A stretch of 61,442 nt of DNA, counting the filler, from Catajapyx aquilonaris (lineage: Eukaryota): the NCBI GenBank assembly GCA_000934665.2. It is 4 parts of 4 records of this genome, joined end to end, with 100 filler letters (N's around TTAATTAATTAA, not from the genome) between each part and the next. Parts side by side here need not be neighbours in the genome. Positions count along the whole stretch, not along the records: positions 30,788 to 46,125 come from JYFJ02007558.1; positions 46,226 to 61,442 come from JYFJ02007559.1; 2 more parts are not named here. One strand, written 5' to 3'. Each line of letters opens with the position of its first letter. Position 1 is the stretch's first letter. Position numbers and translations under genes: made by a program. The notes beneath the pieces were generated by a model. That model was not told where the DNA came from and did no database searches. It saw only the letters and a program-made list of their open reading frames with translations. Positions 37,101 through 49,320 of the stretch are shown here, piece after piece.

Positions 37101-40100
37101 TTTGGGCCAACTTTGTCCCTTAGCACCTGGACTAATATAACCTTCCTTCCCCCACTCTTTGCTTCTCAGGAAGAGGCACAGAAAGCTACTCAGGCAACAG
37201 AAAATGTCACCAGTAACCACAAGAGAGTAAAAGAAAGAATTGTGGAAGAAGTGTGCAGATTGGAGGCAAGCAAAGCATCATTGGCAGAGAAGAGGAAGGA
37301 GCTAGAGATGTGGACTGAATTAGCCACCAAGAGATATCCTGAACGAGTAACAAAACCTCGTACACCAGCAGAAATGCGCCAGAAAATAAGAGATATGAAA
37401 GCCCAAATTGCTAAGATGGAGGAGGTGAGTGGCACCATGGAGTCTGTGCAAAATGAATACCTTCCCAGGAAGAAAAGATATGACAACGTAGTAGGGCAGA
37501 TTCAAGGATGGCAGTTCTTGATCAAGAACCTAAATGAGGGAATTGATTGGCGCATAATTCAGTTTAGGAAGTTCCAGGCACAAGTTACAAGCATGGTGAA
37601 GTTCCACTTCAGTAAACTTCTCCGAGCAAGGAATTTTACAGTAAGTTCCTAATTTCAGTTGGTAGCTTTCAGGGCATGCATTTGCAACCTTTTTCTAGCT
37701 CGTCACTTCAGCTGGGCTTAACATGTAAAAGCGCAGCAGCTACTTCTCACCAACTAACAAGGGGGGGCCATGAAGTGGGCTCTGACAGATTTGCATGAAA
37801 CTTGCACAGTAGGTGTATCACAGACCTACAATTTCACTGGTAAGGGCCATTTTCTGCCAAGGCCAGCTGTTTTCGATCTATGAGGCACACATTCAGGAGA
37901 GTAAGGTAAGTGAACAGAAAGAGCTAGGAAAGTGGGCTGTTCAGTTTCCAGGGGCACCCAAACAACAAGGTAACCAACAGCGCAATGCTCCAGGGAGGGT
38001 TCGAATCATCTTCAGGACCAATAATTGGTTCATTTTATGTTTGGTATTTTCCTTCCCGCATTACCTTTACCTCCCCTGTACCCATAATGCCAATGTACGG
38101 TTCCCTTCATTTATGGGACCCACGTTGCACGCCTCTTATCAACATGATGCAATAACCACAACTTTCGACGTAAATCAGGAACAAAACGGAGGGGGTAGCT
38201 GCGTCGAGACTCTGCTGCACACTTTCGTGCAGACATCATCCGACACCATCTGCCAGAAACCCCTCAAAACCTTTCCTTCCGATGAGTTGTTCTAATGCAC
38301 TTGTGGGCTTATTTTCCTCAAAATCGTTCAGGCAATACATTTTGCATTGCTCCATCAAAACGGAAGCAATATTTTTGAAACTGACACATTGGAAAGTGTT
38401 GGGGCTCTCCATTGTGAAACACAAATGAGTGATTGGAGGAAAACAAGTCAAAAATTAAACCAGGGCTCACTTGCAAAGCAGCTTGCCAATGGAACAACAA
38501 CTGAAGATGATTCTAATGTGATTAGAACCCTCCCTGGAGCATTGCGCTGTTGGGTAACTTGTTGTTTACTAGCTGCGTGCGCCTGGAAACTGAACAGCCC
38601 GCTTTCCTAACGCTTCCCGTCCCCTCACCTTACTCTCCTGAACGCACCCATGCGGATCCATTGTCCCTCATAGATCGACAACGGCTGGCCGTAGCAGAAA
38701 ATGGCCCATACCAGTGAAATTGTAGGCCTGTGATACACCTACTGTNCCCCCTTGTAAGTAGGGCACATGCATGTAGATGTAGCACAGCATTTATGTCTGT
38801 AAACACGTATTGCACTTGGCCAAACCTGAGGAGAAGGGGAGGAGAATTCGCTAATCTTGTATGACAACAAGTATGGGCTGTATGGCAATGATATGGGAGC
38901 CTTAGTGATGGTATAAAATGATGCCTCTGCAGTTCTAGCTTGCATGATGTCATGCAAAGCTTAGTGAGTTATGCCTCTTCCAGGTAAAACCAGTGTAGTG
39001 GTTTACTTCACTCTCCAGGGCAGGGAATCAAGGACGTAGGGGAAGGAAAGGGATTTTCGGGGGAGGGGACATGGGTGCAAGTGCAATGTCTCTGCTTTGG
39101 GCCATGTGCAGTCACCCAGGAGGTCAGGTTGCCAGACACCTGCAAGGTGCGGGTCAGAGACCCTCCTGACGTAGCCGAAAGGGAAATCCCGGGCGGGGAT
39201 CGTACCCGGGACCTTTCAATCAGCAAGCCGAGATGTTACCATCTCGGCCACCACACCTCCCCCGACTGCTAGTTACTACTAACTTATCAGTGCCATATTT
39301 ATCACTGATACTGCTAAGTTAGCATTAACTGGCAGTGAGACAAAAATATTCCATTGTTTGCATTCAAGCAGTGCCGGGGAAGAGGAGTGTGGTTTCTACT
39401 TTTTTCCCCTCACTCTGTCGGTAATTTTGGTTCCTCTCTGTACCACACAGAGTGACATCGATGGAGCTTCAAATTCCAGTAAAGTTCATATATTATGTAA
39501 CTGTTTTCGTTTTCAAATGAAAAGGGTGGGACTCTCTGGTCTAAAATGGGGTCTGGGGGGTGGTGTTGTTGTTAGTCTTTTGTTTCTCCCCCTCCTCTTG
39601 TGATTTTTGTGTCATCTTCATGTCTGTAAAAATGTAGATCGACAGAGCTTCAAATATCAGTAAAAATCATCTCAGTAACCTTTCCAATTTTTGAGTAAAA
39701 TGGAGGAGAAAATTCACCCACTTTTTGCAGGGGGACCCATTATTTTGTCTAACCCCTGTATATGGATTCATTAAAATACAGTTTAACAAAGTGTACAAAA
39801 TCAACACACATATTTTACTTGTCCAAATGTGAGTGCATTTGCCTCTTGTGTTCCCCAGAGGGGACACCAGATTTCAACACTACTCTCAGACAAGGAAAGT
39901 AAAAAATATGCCTATATTTTTCCCCATCGACATCATCATTCATAAGTTCTCAAAGTATTACAAACAATAAATTACTCGTAGCACTAGTCAACATTTGAGA
40001 ATTAATTACTAATCATATTCGGAACATGAAGGTGCAGCCATTTTTCCCTGAGTTAAAATTCAAACACAGTCACGTATCTTAACAAGCTGAAGCAATACTC

Positions 40101-41130
40101 AGCAAGTTTGAACATGTATCGTTAGCTGGGACTCTACTGAAGCACCTGTGACTACTGCCAGCTCTTTAGCTGGAGAAGAACCTGCGCAAAAAAATTAAAA
40201 CGTAACAACTGTGCAGGTGTCCCCTATAGGAGAGGCTAGGCATACCTGGGTTAATTTAGTACAGTACCAGAAGCATTCCAAAAAATTAGACAAGAATCAA
40301 AATTATGGAAATGTACCTCTGTTATTGCAGCATGCCAGCCATGCATTATACCGCATGCTGGCCAACCTCGTTTCATACCGGCATGCCACTTGAGGTGAGG
40401 TAATACAGTATTGCTAGTAAAATTTGGGAAAAATTGATCTCACTGCAGCAGAAACATGCAATTTAGGTACAAATATGTAGCTGTATATCATTTTCTGAAT
40501 GGTGAGTGTGAATACCAAATGCATATTGTATTTTTCAGGGAAGAATAAACCTAGATCACCAGCATCAGAGGCTGGAGTTGTCAGTGAACCCATATGATGG
40601 CACACGTGAAGTGGTGTCCCTCTCCGGTGGGGAGCGCTCCTTTTCAACCATTTCTCTCATCCTTGCACTGTGGGCTGCCATGGAAACCCCTTTTTGCATG
40701 CTAGATGAGTTCGATGTCTTTATGGTACGTATGTTTTAAATCTGTTGAAACACTTTGATGGATCTGATAGCATAATGTATATTCATAGTCACAAGGCATA
40801 TGCCAATAATAATATTTGCCTGAAAGTATGGTCTGGCTTATCCAGAGGATTGATGCTGTCTTGACCATTTAGGCTGACAATATTGGTAAAAGCTGCTTCT
40901 TAAAATGAAGGAATAACCGTTTCCTTTCTCATTTTTGATACCCTCAGGATGAAGCAAACAGGCGTGTTAGCACGGACCTGTTGATAGCAATGGCGAAGAT
41001 TTATGACACACGCCAATATGTGTTTCTTACGCCTCTCCGCCTGCATAGTATCACTCCCGATGACACTGTCAGGATCTTTCGCATGGACGATCCTGCCAGA
41101 AATGATGAGAAAGCTGAAAATGCACAGTAG
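34144..41130 (+). CDS. SMC6: Structural maintenance of chromosomes protein 6, 3' part; exons 34144-34533, 37170-37640, 40539-40724, 40948-41130
   Basis: Coiled-coil exons, then signature SLSGGERSFSTISLILALW, Walker B/D-loop PFCMLDEFDVFMDEANRR, QYVFLTP and terminal RMDDP.R typical of SMC6; phase-0 GT-AG introns; TAG at 41128-41130; 5' exons absent from this contig. Confidence 0.93.
34857..35499. mobile_element. Kolobok-like non-autonomous element in SMC6 intron
   Basis: AGGACCTGTTCAA...TTGAACAGGTCCT short TIRs; flanks ATAA / TTGA, a degenerate TTAA TSD. Confidence 0.5.
35535..37134. mobile_element. Complete foldback element: two inverted arrays of ~160-bp tandem subrepeats, TAG...CTA termini
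   Basis: TAGTCTGGGTGCTAAGGG...CCCTTAGCACCTGGACTA; about five forward units (35620-36320) and five reverse units (36345-37110); flanks ATT/ATA; ends 35 nt before the SMC6 exon at 37170. Confidence 0.85.
37758..38754. mobile_element. TIR element (CAAGGGGG...CCCCCTTG, TAA TSD) in SMC6 intron
   Basis: ACAGTAGGTGTATCACAGACCTACAATTTCACTGGTAAGGGCCATTTTCTGC is inverted at 38690-38745; TAA at 37755-37757 and 38755-38757. Confidence 0.8.
39005..39265 (-). mobile_element. tRNA-derived SINE
   Basis: Minus strand A box TGGCCGAGATGG, B box GGGTACGATCCC, body CATTGCACTTGCACCCATGTCCCCTCCCC similar to 3300-3592. Confidence 0.65.
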
Positions 41131-42655
41131 ATAAGATTGTGCAGTTACAGTCCATTTATGAACATGTGGAAACTTGGGGACTCAGCGTGCACTGAGTCAC
41201 CGAAGGAAAACCATTCCAGTGTTGTATTTCAAATGCGGTCATACATCTTGGAGTTAATTGTGCCATTAGCAGTAGTGATGAAGGTGAAATTCACTACATT
41301 TCTGTAATTGGATGGACATTTATAAAATCAGTTTTTAAAAATATATCACTCTACGTAATAGTTTAGGACTTCGCATTACTGCCACTGAAATCCTCCTACA
41401 GAGCAATAATTTTACTTGTGTCTTGAATGACTACAAGCTGCACATTATCCTTGTCACTTGCAATTTTGGTTTGGAAACTGCCTGCAACCACAATATATTT
41501 AGCTTTAGAAGAATTGAATCTGGGGAACCTATTATGGCACAGTATGGTATTTTATGTTCAAGTAGTGGCCAATCTTGCAGCATTTCAGTTGTTCCAACTA
41601 TAGTGCTCTTTTTACAACGAAGCTAATCAAAAGCAAATGATTTCTTTTAATATCACAGAAATCTAGACGACAGTCATGTGATCCTAACATATGAAAAACT
41701 GATTTTATACATTGTCTCTAAACCTAAGCATATCAGTGTTGTAGTCCATGCGATTCAAATGTTTTGCCTTTTGCAAGAAAAGGGCAAAACATAGGTTGCT
41801 AGACAGATTTTTTTTCATGCATTGCTTATTTGGAAGAAAAGTCACTGCTCTCTATTGAATTTTTGAGATGATTAATTGCAAAAGACATTGCAACCTTTTG
41901 CATAGGCATTCTTCATGTATATCACCCTAGCAGGGAGTTATGCCAGAGTGAGAGATACAGCCAGAAGGACGTATAAAACAAAAAAAACAAGAAAACAAGA
42001 ATAAAACCTGTTTTAGCAATTATGGTACTAAAACGTGCAGCAGTTGGTGTAGTAAAGGTGTAAAACAATGCAAGGAACCCTCCTGGGATTGATTTTGCAG
42101 TGACCCACAATAATTTTTAGTAAAGGTTTTTGCTAGTAATGTTACATGAAAAAGTGAAAAAGCAGATTGTGCTAAATTAGATCTCCAGCCGAGTAATTTG
42201 GATTTAAAAATCGCGATTTTGCCATTTTCCCCCCAACTTTTTATGACCACAGAAAGGGTTAGGAGAATGGGGACTGTTTTTATATAATTTTTTTGGTAAT
42301 GGTTGAAAATGAATTTTTGAGTTGCTTATTGTTCACAACTAGTAACTTAATATTTTATGAACCTTGTTTCCACGTTGTGGCAACCCTTAAAATAGGGCAA
42401 TTCTACAGGAAAGCAATAATTCACAAAATTAACTCAATATCAATTTATTTGAGTAGAAAATTTGCAACCTTGAAAAATTGTTAATCTTTTATTACCTCTG
42501 TAAGAAGTTTAATAATGATCCTTAAATGTTCCCAACACCTGTGGCCATTTGAAGTTTGAAAAACTAAATTTTAAAATCCAAATTTCAAAGTTGGGAATCG
42601 CAATAGGCAAAAATTTGGTTTCACTATTGCACCAAATATGATAAGAAACAACTCA

Positions 42656-42780
42656 GGGCCGGTTTCACCAAGCCCGGTTTTGATAAAACCCCAGTTCTTT
42701 CAGAAAATCCCTATTCTATTTGCCGGGATTTTCTGAAAGAACCGGGGTTTCATCAAAACTGGACTCGGTGAAACCAGCCC
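42656..42780. mobile_element. Palindromic Tourist/Harbinger-like MITE
   Basis: GGGCCGGTTTCACC...GGTGAAACCAGCCC, whole element folds back; flanks TCA/TTA. Confidence 0.75.
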
Positions 42781-43532
42781 TTAGACGAAAAATTACAGTG
42801 AATCATTGCAAAATCAATCCTGGAGGAGATCCTTTATATGTATCTCGAAAGTTGTTGCCATGGTCCCCCCCTCTCTCTTACTGCAGTAAGATTCCATCCT
42901 GATTCTGGTCACGGACTGCTAGTGGTATATTCAAAATGCGTATATTTAAGAAAGGAAATTTTATTTATGCGGAAAAGGTCATGGCTTGACATAACATGTC
43001 ATATATTTTTTGGGAGGGAATTCAGTCCTGTGTGACTGTGATATGGGCGGGGGGGGGGGGGGGGGGTCAANGGAGAATGGAGGCATTATTTATGGACAAC
43101 CCACAAATTGTTCATGTCAAGTACAAGAGAAGAAAAAGAGGGAAATTTTTTCTATTACTCATTGGTTATAGCCACACTATTAATTCATCAAAAGCAATAT
43201 GCGGTACCAAAGATAAAAATTACGTGCTGTTAATGTTAGTAATATTTAATGAAATGTTGCATGTGCTGCTTTGTTAATTGGTGGAGTGTGGAACTGAAGA
43301 AAATCGTAGAGCAAGCCTTCCAGACAAAGTTTTGGGAGAATCCCATTGATACTGGAATTTTGGCGGCTTCTTGCATTTATCTGGAATCATATTTTATGTC
43401 TTATTAAAGGTATACACACTCCAGGGCTTTGAGACATGCAGAAGAGAATGCGCACTTTGTATTGCATACGATGCACACATTAATCATGTCCTGGTGTGAA
43501 CATACGGCAATTGTTCTCTTTCCGGCTGTATA

Positions 43533-43791
43533 CAGGGTGTTCCAAGTGTCATATGGACATTTTTAGTCGTAGCTATTATTGCCTGAAATAGTGGTTTGTG
43601 CCTGTATCCAGATGCCCAATAATTCCCAGGTAGTAGAATATAGCAGTTGCCATAGACCTTAGACCACGCTCTAAGGTCTATGGCAGTTGCTATGTAATAG
43701 GGCACCTAGCTCAGGGTGCAACAAGCTACAAAAAAAAAGAAGTTACCAGTGAAATTTCCTATAAAAGGACTCAAACACTTGGAACATCCTG
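43533..43791. mobile_element. Tc1/mariner-type MITE
   Basis: TA-CAGGGTGTTCCAAGTGT...ACACTTGGAACATCCTG-TA. Confidence 0.7.
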
Positions 43792-44317
43792 TATATTGGG
43801 AAGTCAGTGTTACCTACATATAAATGAAAGATATTATTCTTGGTCAATATATGGTTCTGTAAGACAATCCCACATTGCCAACAAATGTATAAGATTGATA
43901 ACTGAAAACAATATATTTATGCAGTTGTGACTATCCTGAACAAATTATTTTGACCCATGGGCACGTAAGGTTAAGGACGGAGCCCATTTTCTTGCAGGAC
44001 AGACCCTAGTGGAGTAACTGAAAAAGAGGTGTATTTTTAAGGTAATATTAGCTGATCTTATTGATACTCCAAAAAAGTAACTGTTTATATGCACCTTAGC
44101 GTGAAAAAGCCAATTGCTAGTTAAACAGATATCTCTATGGGAACTCATAGCCTGCAAGGAAGTAATTCAGCAGAAATAGTCATCACGTACGTATGAAACA
44201 ACTTGAATGGTAACAGGATTTAATGGAACTCAACACAGATAACTAATTAGGCTAATCCCTTCCAGGGATCCAAAACAACAAGGAGGGATCTAATGAGGAG
44301 ATACAGCCAGAGCATCA

Positions 44318-46125
44318 TCAGAGGAAGTAGAGGGTGTCGCTGAGGTGTTCGTGCACGTTGGAGTGGATGTACTCCCCGACGAGGTAGGCCAGCTTGTGGG
44401 CGTACTGGCAGGGGGCAGGGACATGGACGGTGCCGCTCCAGTTGAAGTACAGGTGGCACAACTTGTAAGTGAGGAGCTGGATCTTGTCAGGCCCCAGGTC
44501 CAAGGTGTCGTGGATGATGGAGTAGCTGGTGGGGGCCACGGTGCCCTGCCTGACAGACTGGGAGATGAGGTAGAAGTCGTACCTCTCCGGAAAGGTGATG
44601 ACGTCGTCCACTATGGTCCCTGGGAAGGGGTTGCCTGCCTGGGCGGTCATGATCCTCGTGTTCAGCCTCTTGTTCACTATCACGAAGCCAAACTTGCATT
44701 CTTGCTCAGAGGGGCCGTACATCCTGGTCAGGGCTGCCAGGATCTGGGACAGCTCGTGGTCACGGACATAGCCAACCTATATACAGAAAAGGAGAAGAAG
44801 AAGAAGAAGAAGTGTTAAGTGTCAACACCTCAGAGAGCCATACCCAAGACTCGTACCTGGCCTTCCCCAACTCCATCACGGTAGAGGATGACACGGCTGG
44901 GCAGCCTTCCGTTGGCCTGCTTGTACTTCTGGAGGGCCTGGACCATGTTGTTGGAGACGAAGTTGGAGACTTCCTCTTGGTGCGAGTGGATGGCCACGGT
45001 GCTGTAGTAGCGGGTGAAGACGTTGTTCATGGAGGCCACCAGGGCTCCCACCGAGGTCCCCTTCTGGGCCGTGTTGTGGTGGACGTCGAAGCCCACCACC
45101 ATGCAGTTCTTGAGGGGGATGTTTGCGGACCAGGGCTCCCCTCCCAGCTTGCAGTTGATCTGGATGGCTATCTGGGTGGCGATGGTAGGTAGGCCCTTGG
45201 ACGAGAGGTTGCGGGCCAGCACCACCTGGGAGGCTATCCCCTGCTCCACGTAGCACCTCTTCTTGACCGCCCCGTACACGTCCTTCCTGTTGGTGGCCAG
45301 CACCACCATCACCATCTGGGGGTTGCACTGGACGCAGGCCTCGTCTATGGCCCTTATGTAGTTCTGCGGCATCACGTCCGGAAGGAACTCCACCAGAGGG
45401 TAGGCCATGGTCAGGCTCATCCCGGAGGCCGCGTCCTGCAAGGTCCTGAGGAAGGGGCCCAGCTCTGCCCTGTTGCGGGCAGGGGCGATGACGGCCCAGT
45501 TGTGCAGGTTGACCACCTTGAGCATGGAGCACCTCCTCAGGGTGTTGGTCCAGTCCGCCTGGATCCCTCCGTTGACCCTCCTGCGAGTCCTGCCCTGCCC
45601 CAGCACGATGGTCTCTGGTTCCAGCTGGCGACCATTGAGCTCGATAAGGTCGCTCCCAAAGTTCACGTCCAGCTTGCCCAGCTCCTCCATGCAACGGGGC
45701 TCGCTGTGGATGCGGCTCATGAACCGCTGGAGGACCTGGACCTTCTTGTCCGGGGACTGGTTGGTGTGCTGCCCTATGGCCTTCATCAGCTTGAAGTTCT
45801 CCCTCATGGACTGGTCCACCCCCGTCATGACGCACAGCTCGGGCACCAGGTAGACGCACTCCACCTCCCCCCTGTGGACGTCCTTCTTCCTCGGCCTGGA
45901 CACCAGCAGGGGCTGCCCCATCTCCGTCACCCTCTCGTTGTAGCGGCTGAAGTAGTACTCCACGTAGGTGGTGGCCTTGTCGTCCCTCATCATGAACTTG
46001 TTCAAGGGGCACTTTTCCCAGTCGATGCCGTCGATGCGGTACGTCTTGGAGTTGTACTTGGTCATGACGATGGTCCCCAAGAGGGCCTCTGCCGCCAGCT
46101 TCTGGTAGTTGTTCCTGTCCCTGTT
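44318..46125 (-). CDS. piwi: Piwi/Aubergine-clade Argonaute, 5'-truncated at contig end; exons >46125-44857 and 44776-44318
   Basis: PAZ (TKYNSKTYRIDGIDW, YVEYY, QPLLVS, YLVPELC), MID (YGAVKK, ASQVV, QINCKLGG), PIWI with VGFDV, QEE, YRDGVGEGQ, KRLNTR, GTVAPTSY, PAPCQYAHKLA, C-terminal LYFL*; 80-nt phase-0 GT-AG intron 44777-44856. Confidence 0.95.
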
Positions 46126-46225
46126 NNNNNNNNNNNNNNNNNNNNNNNNNNNNNNNNNNNNNNNNNNNNTTAATTAATTAANNNNNNNNNNNNNNNNNNN
46201 NNNNNNNNNNNNNNNNNNNNNNNNN
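46126..46225. other. Artificial contig spacer (44N-TTAATTAATTAA-44N)
   Basis: Same 100-nt spacer as the other two. Confidence 0.95.
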
Positions 46226-46741
46226 GCCGTGACAGCGAGAGGAAGAAGTGTCAAACTCACGGGCCGGCCCGCGACGGGCTCCCCGCAACAATGAATAGCG
46301 TAGCCTAGAGCGCGCTCTTAAGTGATTAGTATTATATGAAATGTAGTGTTGACCTACTACATTTCTTAATTTTTTCATCATTCAAATTTTGACACTCATT
46401 ATGTTTCCTAACAGTGGCCTGCAATTGGTTGGATGGGAAGCACTTACAGCTGAGAGGAACACAAGATTACTCAATTAAATATGCTATTTTGATAGCATTG
46501 TACAATTCGTAAGCTATTAAACCAGTGCTGAATGTATTGGATGAGCCCAAATGCATTGAATCCTTTCAATCTCATCACATAATTTCATACACAGCAGGTG
46601 CCTTAATGAGATGTAATACCATTTTGAGCAGGAATGTAGCCGAAGTTTGGAGGTTTGGGATATCAAGGTTAATGACCATTTTCCATGACTTTTTTTGTAA
46701 TTGGCAAAAATGTGACATCCAAATTTTTCAGCTTAACTTCA

Positions 46742-48005
<1,264 letters not shown>

Positions 48006-48899
48006 TCTGCAAGGGAAAAAATAGTCATAAGTAACAATGCATGAGATTATTGGAATGTCAGTATGCTAGACTTGAGCTACTTTGCAAACACTTGTCACTT
48101 TGAGGAGTGTTCCACCATAAAGGCCACCTCATAATTTAAATTTTTGAGATTTGGCAATGTAATGCCTTTACTAGTAAAATATCACCCTCACAGGACCTCT
48201 GCAATGAGGCAAGATTTACTATTACACCCTGACGAAGAAATATCAACAGACAACAGACACATGTATGCCCCCCTTTTCGTTGCACATTTCAAACTTTAGT
48301 TGCATCTGTCAATACATGTGTCTGTTGTCTGTGCTAATATTGCACTTCCCCTTTGGTAAGAAATAGATAACTACATTTTCTTTCACTCATAGAATTTCTG
48401 CGAGTACCTGAGCAGTCTACAGAATTTTTAAATAATTGGTCACGTGAGGGTAGCGAGGACCTCCTCGTTATCTGCTGGCACCCCAATATTTTGGGCCAAG
48501 CTGTGATGTATATGTATGAATTTGAATGAATCATTATGAATGAAAAGAATTTCTTCTGTTTGCTAAAAATATAAATAACCAAGAGACATGACAGTAATTC
48601 CTGAAAACAGCCGAAGTTTAAAAAATTTGTGACATGACGTGAGTCCAACACATCCAGCATTCCTAATTGGAAAGGGACGTCATTCATCATATACCTACAG
48701 TTTTATGTTATGTACACAGCAATTAAAAGCAGTTGCACGCTACGAACTCCGCCCTGCCTGACGTGTGCAGGTCCCTGGGGAAATTCCCTTTTTTTGTGTG
48801 TGCACCTTTTTCCAACTGGGCCACCGTCACTCCTTCATTCCGGTCCAGACAGCCTGCGGTGTCTTCTGGTTAACAAAGTTACGCAACAACCCCACAGCC

Positions 48900-49320
48900 T
48901 CCCACACTCAACGTCACCTCAACACTACCCGGTGTTCATTAGAATTCGGAATGGCCTTACTGTGCAACGAGGGTGCGACGCAGGGCCGTGACCCACTAGT
49001 CGCGCAGTGGCCCCGGCACCGACGCCGTCACCTCGGGTCGTCCCTTTCCAGGACAAGTGCGGTGCGAGGAAGACACGAAACGGGAAGGACGGACCCTACG
49101 TGGACAACTACCCTCGCTTTCCTTCCAGGAATCAACAACGTCGCACGCAGCAGACACGACTGTGTTGCCAACCTCCCAATCCCAATAGAGCCAACGGAAC
49201 TACTGAAATGTTTAGTTTGGCAAACACCCGCTTCCGGGCCTAGGCGCCACTGTCGGACACGCACGCGCCGATTTCAAGTCGGTTTAATGACAAAATGTAC
49301 GGCCTCATAATTTGCTGGGG
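48900..49320 (-). promoter_or_regulatory. CpG-rich probable IDI1 promoter / non-coding first exon
   Basis: CpG-dense patch in otherwise CpG-poor DNA; minus-strand donors GAG|GTGACG near 49031 and 48917; acceptor TTGCAG immediately before the IDI1 ATG. Confidence 0.5.

Noticed and set aside
44318..46125. Piwi as contamination or prokaryotic Argonaute
   Set aside because: Animal PIWI-clade motifs, a spliceosomal intron, and contiguity with host SMC6 and host MITEs
44345..46173. Long overlapping ORFs (378, 223, 157 and 148 aa) over the Piwi gene
   Set aside because: Shadow ORFs from extreme GC3 bias; low-complexity translations without motifs
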